A stretch of 64,000 bases of DNA. It comes from the human T2T-CHM13v2.0 reference genome, Homo sapiens. The notes under the pieces are model-generated. The model was given only the letters and a program-made list of their open reading frames with translations. It was not told where the DNA came from and ran no database searches. Position 1 is the first letter of the stretch. Every line of letters starts with the position of its first letter. Location of the stretch: assembly GCF_009914755.1 (NCBI RefSeq), contig NC_060925.1; one strand, 5' to 3'. Of this stretch, positions 42,957-58,800 are shown in pieces. The translations under genes were made by a program, and so were the position numbers.

Positions 42957-44759
42957 GAATGGTATCGAATAGAATTATGGAATGAAATCCAGTGTGATCA
43001 TCATCGAATGGACCCGAATGGAATCATCATCCATCGGAAGCAAATGGAATCAACATCGAATGAATCGAATGGAAACACCATCGAATTGAGACGAATGGAA
43101 TTATCATGAATTTGAAATGGATGGACTCATCATCGAATGGATTCGAATGGAATCATCGAATAAAATTGATTGAAATCATCATCCAATGGAATCGAATGGT
43201 ATCATTGAATGGAATCGAATGGAATCATCATCAGATGGAAATGAATGGAATCGTCATAGAATGGAATCGAATGGATTCATTGAATGGAATCAGATGGAAT
43301 CATCGAATGGACTGGAATGGAATCATTGAATGGACTCGAAAGGGATCATTATTGAATGGAATTGAATGGAATCATCGAATGGTCTCGATTGGAATTATTA
43401 TCAAATGGAATCGAATGGAATCACCGAATAGAATCGAATGGAACAATCATCGAATGGACTCAAATGGAATTATCCTCAAATGGAATCGAATGGAATTATC
43501 GAATGCAATCGAATGGAATTATCGAATGCAATCGAATAGAATCACCGAATGGACTCGAATGGAATCATCGAATGGAATGGAATGGAAAAGTCAATGAACA
43601 CGAATGGAATCATCACTGAATGGAATCGAATGGAATCATCGAGTGGAATCGAATGGAATTATGATCAAATGGAATCGAATGTAATCATCATCAAATGGAA
43701 TCAAAAATAACCATCATCAATTGGTATTGAATGGAATTGTTATCAAATGGAATTCAAAGGAATCATCATCAAATGGAACTGAATGGAATCCTCATTGAAT
43801 GGAAATGAAAGGGGTCATCATCTAATGGAATAGCATGGAATAATCATCAAATGGAATCGAATGGAATCATCATCAAATGGAATCTAATGGAAACATTGAA
43901 CAGAATTGAATGGAATCGTCATCGAATGAATTGAATGCAATCATCGAATGGTCTCGAATGGAATCATCTTCTAATGGAAAGGAATGGAATCATCGCTTAG
44001 AATCGAATGGAATTAACATTGAATGGACTCGAATGAAATCAACATCAAATGGAATCAAGCGGAATTATCGAATGAAATCGAAGAGAATCATCGAATGGAC
44101 TCGAATGGAATCATCTAATGGAATGGAATGGAATAATCCACGGACTCGAATGCAATCATCATAGTATAGAATCGAACGGAATCATCGAATGGACTCGAAT
44201 GGAATAACCATTGAACGGAATCGAATGTAATCATCATCGGATGGAAACGAATGGAATCATCATCGAATGGAAATGAAAGGAGTCATCATCTAATGGAATT
44301 GCATGGAATCATCATAAAATGGAATCGAATGGAATCATCATCAAATGGAATCAAATGGAAGCATTGAACGGAATTGAATGGAATCGTCATCGAATGAATT
44401 GAATGCAATCATCGAATGGTCTCGAATGGAATCATCTTCAAATGGAATGGAATGGAATCATCGCATACAATCGAATGGAATTATCATCGAATGGAATCGA
44501 ATGGTATCAACATCAAACGGAAAAAAACGGAATTACCGAATGGAATCGAAGAGAATCTTCGAACGGACCCGAATGGAATCATCTAATGGAATGGAATGGA
44601 ATAATCCATGGACTCGAATGCAATCATCATCGAATGGAATCGAATGGAATCATCGAATGGACTCGAATGGAATAATCATTGAACGGAATCGAATGGAATC
44701 ATCATCGGATGGAAACGAATGGAATCATCATCGAATGGAAATGAAAGGAGTCATCATCT

Positions 44760-47700
44760 AATGGAATTGCATGGAATCATCATAAAATGGAATCGAATGG
44801 AATCATCATCAAATGGAATCAAATGGAAGCATTGAACGGAATTGAATGGAATCGTCATCGAATGAATTGAATGCAATCATCGAATGGTCTCGAATGGAAT
44901 CATCTTCAAATGGAATGGAGTGGAATCATCGCATACAATCGAATGGAATTATCATCGAATGGAATCGAATGGTATCAACATCAAACGGAAAAAAACGGAA
45001 TTACCGAATGGAATCGAACAGAATCTTCGAACGGACCCGAATGGAATCATCTAATGGAATGGAATTGAATAATCCATGGACTCGAATGCAATCATCATCG
45101 AATGGAATCGAATGGAATCATCGAATGGACTCGAATGGAATAATCATTGAACGGAATCGAATGGAATCATCATCGGATGGAAATGAATGGAATCATCATC
45201 GAATGGAATCGAATAGAATTATGGAATGAAATCCAGTGTGATCATCATCGAATGGACCCGAATGGAATCATCATCCAACGGAAGCTAATGGAATCAACAT
45301 CGAATGAATCGAATGGAAACACCATCGAATTGAAACGAATGGAATTATCATGAAATTGAAATGGATGGACTCATCATCGAATGGATTCGAATGGAATCAT
45401 CGAATAAAATTGATTGAAATCATCATCCAATGGAATCGAATGGTATCATTGAATGGAATCGAATGGAATCATCATCAGATGGAAATGAATGGAATCGTCA
45501 TAGAATGGAATCGAATGGATTCATTGAATGGAATCAGATGGAATCATCGAATGGACTGGAATGGAATCATTGAATGGACTCGAAAGGGATCATTATTGAA
45601 TGGAATTGAATGGAATCATCGAATGGTCTCGATTGGAATCATTATCAAATGGAATCGAATGGAATCACCGAATAGAATCGAATGGAACAATCATCGAATG
45701 GACTCAAATGGAATTATCCTCAAATGGAATCGAATGGAATTATCGAATGCAATCGAATGGAATTATCGAATGCAATCGAATAGAATCATCGGATGGACTC
45801 GAATGGAATCATCGCATGGAATGGAATGGAACAGTCAATGAACTCGAATGCAATCATCATTGAATGGAATCGAATGGAATCATCGAGTGGAATCGAATGG
45901 AATTATGATCAAATGGAATCGAATGTAATCATCATCAAATGGAATCAAAAATAACCATCATCAATTGGTATTGAATGGAATTGTCATCAAATGGAATTCA
46001 AAGGAATCATCATCAAATGGAACCGAATGGAATCCTCATTGAATGGAAATGAAAGGGGTCATCATCTAATGGAATCGCATGGAATCATCATCAAATGGAA
46101 TCGAATGCAATCATCATCAAATGGAATCTAATGGAATCATTGAACAGAATTGAATGGAATCGTCATCGAATGAATTGAATGCAATCATCGAATGGTCTCG
46201 AATGGAATCATCTTCTAATGGAAAGGAATGGAATCATCGCATAGAATCGAATGGAATTATCATCGAATGGAATCGAATGGTATCAACACCAAACGGAAAA
46301 AAACGGAATTATCGAATGGAATCGAAGAGAATCTTCGAACGGACCCGAATGGAATCATCTAATGGAATGGAACGGAATAATCCATGGACTCGAATGCAAT
46401 CATCATCGAATGGAATCGAATGGAATCATCGAATGGACTCGAATGGAATAATCATTGAACGGAATTGAATGGAATCATCATCGGATGGAAACGAATGGAA
46501 TCATCATCGAATGGAAATGAAAGGAGTCATCATCTAATGGAATTGCATGGAATCATCATAAAATGGAATCGAATGGAATCAACATCAAATGGAATCAAAT
46601 GGAATAATTGAACGGAATTGAATGGAATCGTCATCGAATGAATTGAATGCAATCATCGAATGATCTAGAATGGAATCATCTTCAAATGGAATGGAATGGA
46701 ATCATCGCATAGAATCGAACGGAAGTATCATCGAATGGAATCGAATGGAATCAACATCAAACGGAAAAAAACGGAATTATCGAATGGAATCGAAGAGAAT
46801 CATCGAATGGACCCGAATGGAATCATCTAATGGAATGGAATGGAATAATCCATGGACTCGAATGCAATCATCATCGAATGGAATCGAATGGAATCATCGA
46901 ATGGACTCGAATGGAATAATCATTGAACGGAATCGAATGGAATCATCAACGGATGGAAATGAATGGAATCATCATCGAATGGAATCGAATAGAATTATGG
47001 AATGAAATCCAGTGTGATCATCATCGAATGGACCCGAATGGAATCATCATCCAACGGAATCTAATGGAATCAACATCGAATGAATCGAATGGAAACACCA
47101 TCGAATTGAAACGAATGGAATTATCATGAAATTGAAATGGATGGACTCATCATCGAATGGATTCGAATGGAATCATCGAATAAAATTGATTGAAATCATC
47201 ATCCAATGGAATCGAATGGTATCATTGAATGGAATCGAATGGAATCATCATCAGATGGAAATGAATGGAATCGTCATAGAATGGAATCGAATGGATTCAT
47301 TGAATGGAATCAGATGGAATCCTCGAATGGACTGGAATGGAATCATTGAATGGACTCGAAAGGGATCATTATTGAATGGAATTGAATGGAATCATCGAAT
47401 GGTCTCGATTGGAATCATTATCAAATGGAATCGAATGGAATCACCGAATAGAATCGAATGGAACAATCATCGAATGGACTCCAATGGAATTATCCTCAAA
47501 TGGAATCGAATGGAATTATCGAATGCAATCGAATGGAATTATCGAATGCAATCGAATAGAATCATCGAATGGACTCGAATGGAATCATCGAATGGAATGG
47601 AATGGAACAGTCAATGAACTCGAATGGAATCATCATTGAATGGAATCGAATGGAATCATCGAGTGGAATCGAATGGAAATATGATCAAATGGAATCGAAT

Positions 47701-50700
47701 ATAATCATCATCAAATGGAATCAAAAATAACCATCATCAATTGGTATTGAATGGAATTCTCATCAAATGGAATTCAAAGGAATCATCATCAAATGGAACT
47801 GAATGGAATCCTCATTGAATGGAAATGAAAGGGGTCATCATCTAATGGAATCGCATGGAATCATCATCAAATGGAATCGAATGGAATCATCATCAAATGG
47901 AATCTGATGGAATCATTGAACAGAATTGAATGGAATCGTCATCGAATGAATTGAATGCAATCATCGAATGGTCTCGAATGTAATCACATTCTAATGGAAA
48001 GGAATGGAATCATCGCATAGAATCGAATGGAATTAACATTGAATGGACTCGAATGGAATCAACATCAAACGGAATCAAGCGGAATTATCGAATGGAATCG
48101 AAGAGAATCATCGAATGGTCTCGAATGGAATCATCTTCTAATGGAAAGGAATGGAATCATCGCATAGAATCGAATGGAATTAACATTGAATGGACTCGAA
48201 TGGAATCAACATCAAATGGAATCAAGCGGAATTATCGAATGAAATCGAAGAGAATCATCGAATGGACTCGAATGGAATCATCTAATGGAATGGAATGGAA
48301 TAATCCACGGACTCGAATGCAATCATCATCGTATAGAATCGAATGGAATCATCGAATGGACTCGAATGGAATAACCATTGAACGGAATCGAATGGAATCA
48401 TCATCGGATGGAAACGAATGGAATCATCATCGAATGGAAATGAAAGGAGTCAGCATCTAATGGAATTGAATGGAATCATCATAAAATGGAATCGAATGGA
48501 ATCATCATCAAATGGAATCAAATGGAAGCATTGAACGGAATTGAATGGAATCGTCATCGAATGAATTGAATGCAATCATCGAATGGTCTCGAATGGAATC
48601 ATCTTCAAATGGAATGGAGTGGAATCATCGCATACAATCGAATGGAATTATCATCGAATGGAATCGAATGGTATCAACATCAAACGGAAAAAAACGGAAT
48701 TACCGAATGGAATCGAAGAGAATCTTCGAACGGACCCGAATGGAATCATCTAATGGAATGGAATGGAATAATCCATGGACTCGAATGCAATCATCATCGA
48801 ATGGAATCGAATGGAATCATCGAATGGACTCGAATGGAATAATCATTGAACGGAATCGAATGGAATCATCATCGGATGGAAATGAATGGAATCATCATCG
48901 AATGGAATCGAATAGAATTATGGAATGAAATCCAGTGTGATCATCATCGAATGGACCCGAATGGAATCATCATCCAACGGAAGCTAATGGAATCAACATC
49001 GAATGAATCGAATGGAAACACCATCGAATTGAAACGAATGGAATTATCATGAAATTGAAATGGATGGACTCATCATCGAATGGATTCGAATGGAATCATC
49101 GAATAAAATTGATTGAAATCATCATCCAATGGAATCGAATGGTATCATTGAATGGAATCGAATGGAATCATCATCAGATGGAAATGAATGGAATCGTCAT
49201 AGAATGGAATCGAATGGATTCATTGATTGGAATCAGATGGAATCATCGAATGGACTGGAATGGAATCATTGAATGGACTCGAAAGGGATCATTATTGAAT
49301 GGAATTGAATGGAATCATCGAATGGTCTCGATTGGAATCATTATCAAATGGAATCGAATGGAATCACCGAATAGAATCGAATGGAACAATCATCGAATCG
49401 ACTCAAATGGAATTATCCTCAAATGGAATCGAATGGAATTATCGAATGCAATCGAATGGAATTATCGAATGCAATCGAATAGAATCATCGGATGGACTCG
49501 AATGGAATCATCGCATGGAATGGAATGGAACAGTCAATGAACTCGAATGGAATCATCATTGAATGGAATCGAATGGAATCATCGAGTGGAATCGAATGGA
49601 ATTATGATCAAATGGAATCGAATGTAATCATCATCAAATGGAATCAAAAATAACCATCATCAATTGGTATTGAATGGAATTGTCATCAAATGGAATTCAA
49701 AGGAATCATCATCAAATGGAACCGAATGGAATCCTCATTGAATGGAAATGAAAGGGGTCATCATCTAATGGAATCGCATGGAATCATCATCAAATGGAAT
49801 CGAATGGAATCATCATCAAATGGAATCTAATGGAATCATTGAACAGAATTGAATGGAATCGTCATCGAATGAATTGAATGCAATCATCGAATGGTCTCGA
49901 ATGGAATCATCTTCTAATGGAAAGGAATGGAATCATCGCATAGAATCGAATGGAATTATCATCGAATGGAATCGAATGGTATCAACACCAAACGGAAAAA
50001 AACGGAATTATCGAATGGAATCGAAGAGAATCTTCGAACGGACCCGAATGGAATCATCTAATGGAATGGAACGGAATAATCCATGGACTCGAATGCAATC
50101 ATCATCGAATGGAATCGAATGGAATCATCGAATGGACTCGAATGGAATAATCATTGAACGGAATTGAATGGAATCATCATCGGATGGAAACGAATGGAAT
50201 CATCATCGAATGGAAATGAAAGGAGTCATCATCTAATGGAATTGCATGGAATCATCATAAAATGGAATCGAATGGAATCAACATCAAATGGAATCAAATG
50301 GAATAATTGAACGGAATTGAATGGAATCGTCATCGAATGAATTGAATGCAATCATCGAATGATCTAGAATGGAATCATCTTCAAATGGAATGGAATGGAA
50401 TCATCGCATAGAATCGAATGGAAGTATCATCGAATGGAATCGAATGGAATCAACATCAAACGGAAAAAAACGGAATTATCGAATGGAATCGAAGAGAATC
50501 ATCGAATGGACCCGAATGGAATCATCTAATGGAATGGAATGGAATAATCCATGGACTCGAATGCAATCATCATCGAATGGAATCGAATGGAATCATCGAA
50601 TGGACTCGAATGGAATAATCATTGAACGGAATCGAATGGAATCATCAACGGATGGAAATGAATGGAATCATCATCGAATGGAATCGAATAGAATTATGGA

Positions 50701-53700
50701 ATGAAATCCAGTGTGATCATCATCGAATGGACCCGAATGGAATCATCATCCAACGGAATCTAATGGAATCAACATCGAATGAATCGAATGGAAACACCAT
50801 CGAATTGAAACGAATGGAATTATCATGAAATTGAAATGGATGGACTCATCATCGAATGGATTCGAATGGAATCATCGAATAAAATTGATTGAAATCATCA
50901 TCCAATGGAATCGAATGGTATCATTGAATGGAATCGAATGGAATCATCATCAGATGGAAATGAATGGAATCGTCATAGAATGGAATCGAATGGATTCATT
51001 GAATGGAATCAGATGGAATCCTCGAATGGACTGGAATGGAATCATTGAATGGACTCGAAAGGGATCATTATTGAATGGAATTGAATGGAATCATCGAATG
51101 GTCTCGATTGGAATCATTATCAAATGGAATCGAATGGAATCACCGAATAGAATCGAATGGAACAATCATCGAATGGACTCCAATGGAATTATCCTCAAAT
51201 GGAATCGAATGGAATTATCGAATGCAATCGAATGGAATTATCGAATGCAATCGAATAGAATCATCGAATGGACTCGAATGGAATCATCGAATGGAATGGA
51301 ATGGAACAGTCAATGAACTCGAATGGAATCATCATTGAATGGAATCGAATGGAATCATCGAGTGGAATCGAATGGAAATATGATCAAATGGAATCGAATA
51401 TAATCATCATCAAATGGAATCAAAAATAACCATCATCAATTGGTATTGAATGGAATTCTCATCAAATGGAATTCAAAGGAATCATCATCAAATGGAACTG
51501 AATGGAATCCTCATTGAATGGAAATGAAAGGGGTCATCATCTAATGGAATCGCATGGAATCATCATCAAATGGAATCGAATGGAATCATCATCAAATGGA
51601 ATCTGATGGAATCATTGAACAGAATTGAATGGAATCGTCATCGAATGAATTGAATGCAATCATCGAATGGTCTCGAATGTAATCACATTCTAATGGAAAG
51701 GAATGGAATCATCGCATAGAATCGAATGGAATTAACATTGAATGGACTCGAATGGAATCAACATCAAACGGAATCAAGCGGAATTATCGAATGGAATCGA
51801 AGAGAATCATCGAATGGTCTCGAATGGAATCATCTTCTAATGGAAAGGAATGGAATCATCGCATAGAATCGAATGGAATTAACATTGAATGGACTCGAAT
51901 GGAATCAACATCAAATGGAATCAAGCGGAATTATCGAATGAAATCGAAGAGAATCATCGAATGGACTCGAATGGAATCATCTAATGGAATGGAATGGAAT
52001 AATCCACGGACTCGAATGCAATCATCATCGTATAGAATCGAATGGAATCATCGAATGGACTCGAATGGAATAACCATTGAACGGAATCGAATGGAATCAT
52101 CATCGGATGGAAACGAATGGAATCATCATCGAATGGAAATGAAAGGAGTCAGCATCTAATGGAATTGCATGGAATCATCATAAAATGGAATCGAATGGAA
52201 TCATCATCAAATGGAATCAAATGGAAGCATTGAACGGAATTGAATGGAATCGTCATCGAATGAATTGAATGCAATCATCGAATGGTCTCGAATGGAATCA
52301 TCTTCAAATGGAATGGAGTGGAATCATCGCATACAATCGAATGGAATTATCATCGAATGGAATCGAATGGTATCAACATCAAACGGAAAAAAACGGAATT
52401 ACCGAATGGAATCGAAGAGAATCTTCGAACGGACCCGAATGGAATCATCTAATGGAATGGAATGGAATAATCCATGGACTCGAATGCAATCATCATCGAA
52501 TGGAATCGAATGGAATCATCGAATGGACTCGAATGGAATAATCATTGAACGGAATCGAATGGAATCATCATCGGATGGAAATGAATGGAATCATCATCGA
52601 ATGGAATCGAATAGAATTATGGAATGAAATCCAGTGTGATCATCATCGAATGGACCCGAATGGAATCATCATCCAACGGAAGCTAATGGAATCAACATCG
52701 AATGAATCGAATGGAAACACCATCGAATTGAAACGAATGGAATTATCATGAAATTGAAATGGATGGACTCATCATCGAATGGATTCGAATGTAATCATCG
52801 AATAAAATTGATTGAAATCATCATCCAATGGAATCGAATGGTATCATTGAATGGAATCGAATGGAATCATCATCAGATGGAAATGAATGGAATCGTCATA
52901 GAATGGAATCGAATGGATTCATTGATTGGAATCAGATGGAATCATCGAATGGACTGGAATGGAATCATTGAATGGACTCGAAAGGGATCATTATTGAATG
53001 GAATTGAATGGAATCATCGAATGGTCTCGATTGGAATCATTATCAAATGGAATCGAATGGAATCACCGAATAGAATCGAATGGAACAATCATCGAATCGA
53101 CTCAAATGGAATTATCCTCAAATGGAATCGAATGGAATTATCGAATGCAATCGAATGGAATTATCGAATGCAATCGAATAGAATCATCGGATGGACTCGA
53201 ATGGAATCATCGCATGGAATGGAATGGAACAGTCAATGAACTCGAATGGAATCATCATTGAATGGAATCGAATGGAATCATCGAGTGGAATCGAATGGAA
53301 TTATGATCAAATGGAATCGAATGTAATCATCATCAAATGGAATCAAAAATAACCATCATCAATTGGTATTGAATGGAATTGTCATCAAATGGAATTCAAA
53401 GGAATCATCATCAAATGGAACCGAATGGAATCCTCATTGAATGGAAATGAAAGGGGTCATCATCTAATGGAATCGCATGGAATCATCATCAAATGGAATC
53501 GAATGGAATCATCATCAAATGGAATCTAATGGAATCATTGAACAGAATTGAATGGAATCGTCATCGAATGAATTGAATGCAATCATCGAATGGTCTCGAA
53601 TGGAATCATCTTCTAATGGAAAGGAATGGAATCATCGCATAGAATCGAATGGAATTATCATCGAATGGAATCGAATGGTATCAACACCAAACGGAAAAAA

Positions 53701-55840
53701 ACGGAATTATCGAATGGAATCGAAGAGAATCTTCGAACGGACCCGAATGGAATCATCTAATGGAATGGAACGGAATAATCCATGGACTCGAATGCAATCA
53801 TCATCGAATGGAATCGAATGGAATCATCGAATGGACTCGAATGGAATAATCATTGAACGGAATTGAATGGAATCATCATCGGATGGAAACGAATGGAATC
53901 ATCATCGAATGGAAATGAAAGGAGTCATCATCTAATGGAATTGCATGGAATCATCATAAAATGGAATCGAATGGAATCAACATCAAATGGAATCAAATGG
54001 AATAATTGAACGGAATTGAATGGAATCGTCATCGAATGAATTGAATGCAATCATCGAATGATCTAGAATGGAATCATCTTCAAATGGAATGGAATGGAAT
54101 CATCGCATAGAATCGAATGGAAGTATCATCGAATGGAATCGAATGGAATCAACATCAAACGGAAAAAAACGGAATTATCGAATGGAATCGAAGAGAATCA
54201 TCGAATGGACCCGAATGGAATCATCTAATGGAATGGAATGGAATAATCCATGGACTCGAATGCAATCATCATCGAATGGAATCGAATGGAATCATCGAAT
54301 GGACTCGAATGGAATAATCATTGAACGGAATCGAATGGAATCATCAACGGATGGAAATGAATGGAATCATCATCGAATGGAATCGAATAGAATTATGGAA
54401 TGAAATCCAGTGTGATCATCATCGAATGGACCCGAATGGAATCATCATCCAACGGAATCTAATGGAATCAACATCGAATGAATCGAATGGAAACACCATC
54501 GAATTGAAACGAATGGAATTATCATGAAATTGAAATGGATGGACTCATCATCGAATGGATTCGAATGGAATCATCGAATAAAATTGATTGAAATCATCAT
54601 CCAATGGAATCGAATGGTATCATTGAATGGAATCGAATGGAATCATCATCAGATGGAAATGAATGGAATCGTCATAGAATGGAATCGAATGGATTCATTG
54701 AATGGAATCAGATGGAATCCTCGAATGGACTGGAATGGAATCATTGAATGGACTCGAAAGGGATCATTATTGAATGGAATTGAATGGAATCATCGAATGG
54801 TCTCGATTGGAATCATTATCAAATGGAATCGAATGGAATCACCGAATAGAATCGAATGGAACAATCATCGAATGGACTCCAATGGAATTATCCTCAAATG
54901 GAATCGAATGGAATTATCGAATGCAATCGAATGGAATTATCGAATGCAATCGAATAGAATCATCGAATGGACTCGAATGGAATCATCGAATGGAATGGAA
55001 TGGAACAGTCAATGAACTCGAATGGAATCATCATTGAATGGAATCGAATGGAATCATCGAGTGGAATCGAATGGAAATATGATCAAATGGAATCGAATAT
55101 AATCATCATCAAATGGAATCAAAAATAACCATCATCAATTGGTATTGAATGGAATTCTCATCAAATGGAATTCAAAGGAATCATCATCAAATGGAACTGA
55201 ATGGAATCCTCATTGAATGGAAATGAAAGGGGTCATCATCTAATGGAATCGCATGGAATCATCATCAAATGGAATCGAATGGAATCATCATCAAATGGAA
55301 TCTGATGGAATCATTGAACAGAATTGAATGGAATCGTCATCGAATGAATTGAATGCAATCATCGAATGGTCTCGAATGTAATCACATTCTAATGGAAAGG
55401 AATGGAATCATCGCATAGAATCGAATGGAATTAACATTGAATGGACTCGAATGGAATCAACATCAAACGGAATCAAGCGGAATTATCGAATGGAATCGAA
55501 GAGAATCATCGAATGGTCTCGAATGGAATCATCTTCTAATGGAAAGGAATGGAATCATCGCATAGAATCGAATGGAATTAACATTGAATGGACTCGAATG
55601 GAATCAACATCAAATGGAATCAAGCGGAATTATCGAATGAAATCGAAGAGAATCATCGAATGGACTCGAATGGAATCATCTAATGGAATGGAATGGAATA
55701 ATCCACGGACTCGAATGCAATCATCATCGTATAGAATCGAATGGAATCATCGAATGGACTCGAATGGAATAACCATTGAACGGAATCGAATGGAATCATC
55801 ATCGGATGGAAACGAATGGAATCATCATCGAATGGAAATG
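44760..55840 (+). repeat. Three tandem copies of a 3699 bp higher-order repeat (1776 + 1923 bp dimer)
   Basis: Core landmarks 45350, 47126, 49049, 50825, 52748 and 54524 alternate 1776/1923. A private TCTAGA site occurs at 46664, 50363 and 54062, exactly 3699 apart. Confidence 0.93.
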
Positions 55841-58800
55841 TAACGAGTCATCATCTAATGGAATTGCATGGAATCATCATAAAATGGAATCGAATGGAAT
55901 CATCATCAAATGGAATCAAATGGAATCATTGAACGGAATTGAATGGAATCGTCATCGAATGAATTGAATGCAATCATCGAATGGTCTCGAATGGAATCAT
56001 CTTCAAATGGAATGGAATGGAATCATCGCATAGAATCGAATGGAATTATCATCGAATGGAATCAAATGGTATCAACATCAAACGGAAATAAACGGAATTA
56101 TCGAATGGAATCGAAGAGAATCTTCGAACGGACCCGCATGGAATCATCTAATGGAATGGAATGGAATAATCCATGGACTCGAATGCAATCATCATCGAAT
56201 GGAATCGAATGGAATCATCGAATGGACTCGAATGGAATAATCAATCATTGAACGGAATCGAATGGAATCATCATCGGATGGAAATGAATGGAATCATCAT
56301 CGAATGGAATCGAATAGAATTATGGAATGAAATCCAGTGTGATCATCATCGAATGGACCCGAATGGAATCATCATCCAACGGAAGCTAATGGAATCAACA
56401 TCGAATGAATCGAATGGAAACACCATCAAATTGAAACGAATGGAATTATCATGAAATTGAAATGGATGGACTCATCATCGAATGGATTCGAATGGAATCA
56501 TCGAATAAAATTGATTGAAATCATCATCGAATGGAATCGAATGGTATCATTGAATGGAATCGAATGGAATCATCATCAGATGGAAATGAATGGAATCGTC
56601 ATAGAATGGAATCGAATGGATTCATTGAATAGAATCAGATGGAATCATCGAATGGACTGGAATGGAATCATTGAATGGACTCGAAAGGGATCATTATTGA
56701 ATGGAATTGAATGGAATCATCGAATGGTCTCGATTGGAATCATTATCAAATGGAATCGAATGGAATCACCGAATAGAATCGAATGGAACAATCATCGAAT
56801 GGACTCAAATGGAATTATCCTCAAATGGAATCGAATGGAATTATCGAATGCAATCGAATGGAATTATCAAATGCAATCGAATAGAATCATCGAAAGGACT
56901 CGAATGGAATCATCGAATGGAATGGAATGGAACAGTCAATGAACTCGAATGGAATCATCATTGAATGGAATCGAATGGAATCATCGAGTGGAATCGAATG
57001 GAATTATGATCAAATGGAATCGAATGTAATCATCATCAAATGGAATCAAAAATAACCATCATCAATTGGTATTGAATGGAATTGTCATCAAATGGAATTC
57101 AAAGGAATCATCATCAAATGGAACCGAATGGAATCCTCATTGAATGGAAATGAAAGGGGTCATCATCTAATGGAATCGCATGGAATCATCATCAAATGGA
57201 ATCGAATGGAATCATCATCAAATGGAATCTAATGGAATCATTGAAAAGAATTGAATGGAATCATCATCGAATGAATTGAATGCAATCATCGAATGGTCTC
57301 GAATGGAATCATCTTCTAATGGAAAGGAATGGAATCATCGCATAGAATCGAATGGAATTATCATCGAATGGAATCGAATGGTATCAACACCAAACGGAAA
57401 AAAACGGAATTATCGAATGGAATCGAAGAGAATCTTCGAACGGACCCGAATGGAATCATCTAATGGAATGGAATGGAATAATCCATGGACTCGAATGCAA
57501 TCATCATCGAATGGAATCGAATGGAATCATCGAATGGACTCGAATGGAATAATCATTGAACGGAATCGAATGGAATCATCATCGGATGGAAACGAATGGA
57601 ATCATCATCGAATGGAAATGAAAGGAGTCATCATCTAATGGAATTGCATGGAATCATCATAAAATGGAATCGAATGGAATCAACATCAAATGGAATCAAA
57701 TGGAATCATTGAACGGAATTGAATGGAATCGTCATCGAATGAATTGAATGCAATCATCGAATGGTCTCGAATGGAATCATCTTCAAATGGAATGGAATGG
57801 AATCATCGCATAGAATCGAATGGAATTATCATCGAATGGAATCGAATGGAATCAACATCAAACGGAAAAAAACGGAATTATCGAATGGAATCGAAGAGAA
57901 TCATCGAATGGAGCCGAATGGAATCATCTAATGGAATGGAATGGAATAATCCATGGACTCGAATGCAATCATCATCGAATGGAATCGAATGGAATCATCG
58001 AATGGACTCGAATGGAATAATCATTGAACGGAATCGAATGGAATCATCATCGGATGGAAATGAAAGGAGTCATCATCTAATGGAATTGCATGGAATCATC
58101 ATAAAATGGAATCGAATGGAATCAACATCAAATGGAATCAAATGGAATCATTGAACGGAATTGAATGGAATCGTCATCGAATGAATTGAATGCAATCATC
58201 GAATGGTCTCGAATGGAATCATCTTCAAATGGAATGGAATGGAATCATCGCATAGAATCGAATGGAATTATCATCGAATGGAATCGAATGGAATCAACAT
58301 CAAACGGAAAAAAACGGAATTATCGAATGGAATCGAAGAGAATCATCGAATGGACCCGAATGGAATCATCTAATGGAATGGAATGGAATAACCCATGGAC
58401 TCGAATGCAATCATCATCGAATGGAATCGAATGGAATCATCGAATGGACTCGAATGGAATAATCATTGAACGGAATCGAATGGAATCATCATCGGATGGA
58501 ATTGAATGGAATCATCATCGAATGGAATCGAATAGAATTATGGAATGAAATCCAGTGTGATCATCATCGAATGGACCCGAATGGAATCATCATCCAACGG
58601 AAGCTAATGGAATCAACATCGAATGAATCAAATGGAAACACCATCGAATTGAAACGAATGGAATTACCATGAAATTGAAATGGATGGACTCATCATCGAA
58701 TGGATTCGAATGGAATCATCGAATAAAATTGATTGAAATCATCATCGAATGGAATCGAATGGTATCATTGAATGGAATCGAATGGAATCATCATCTGATG

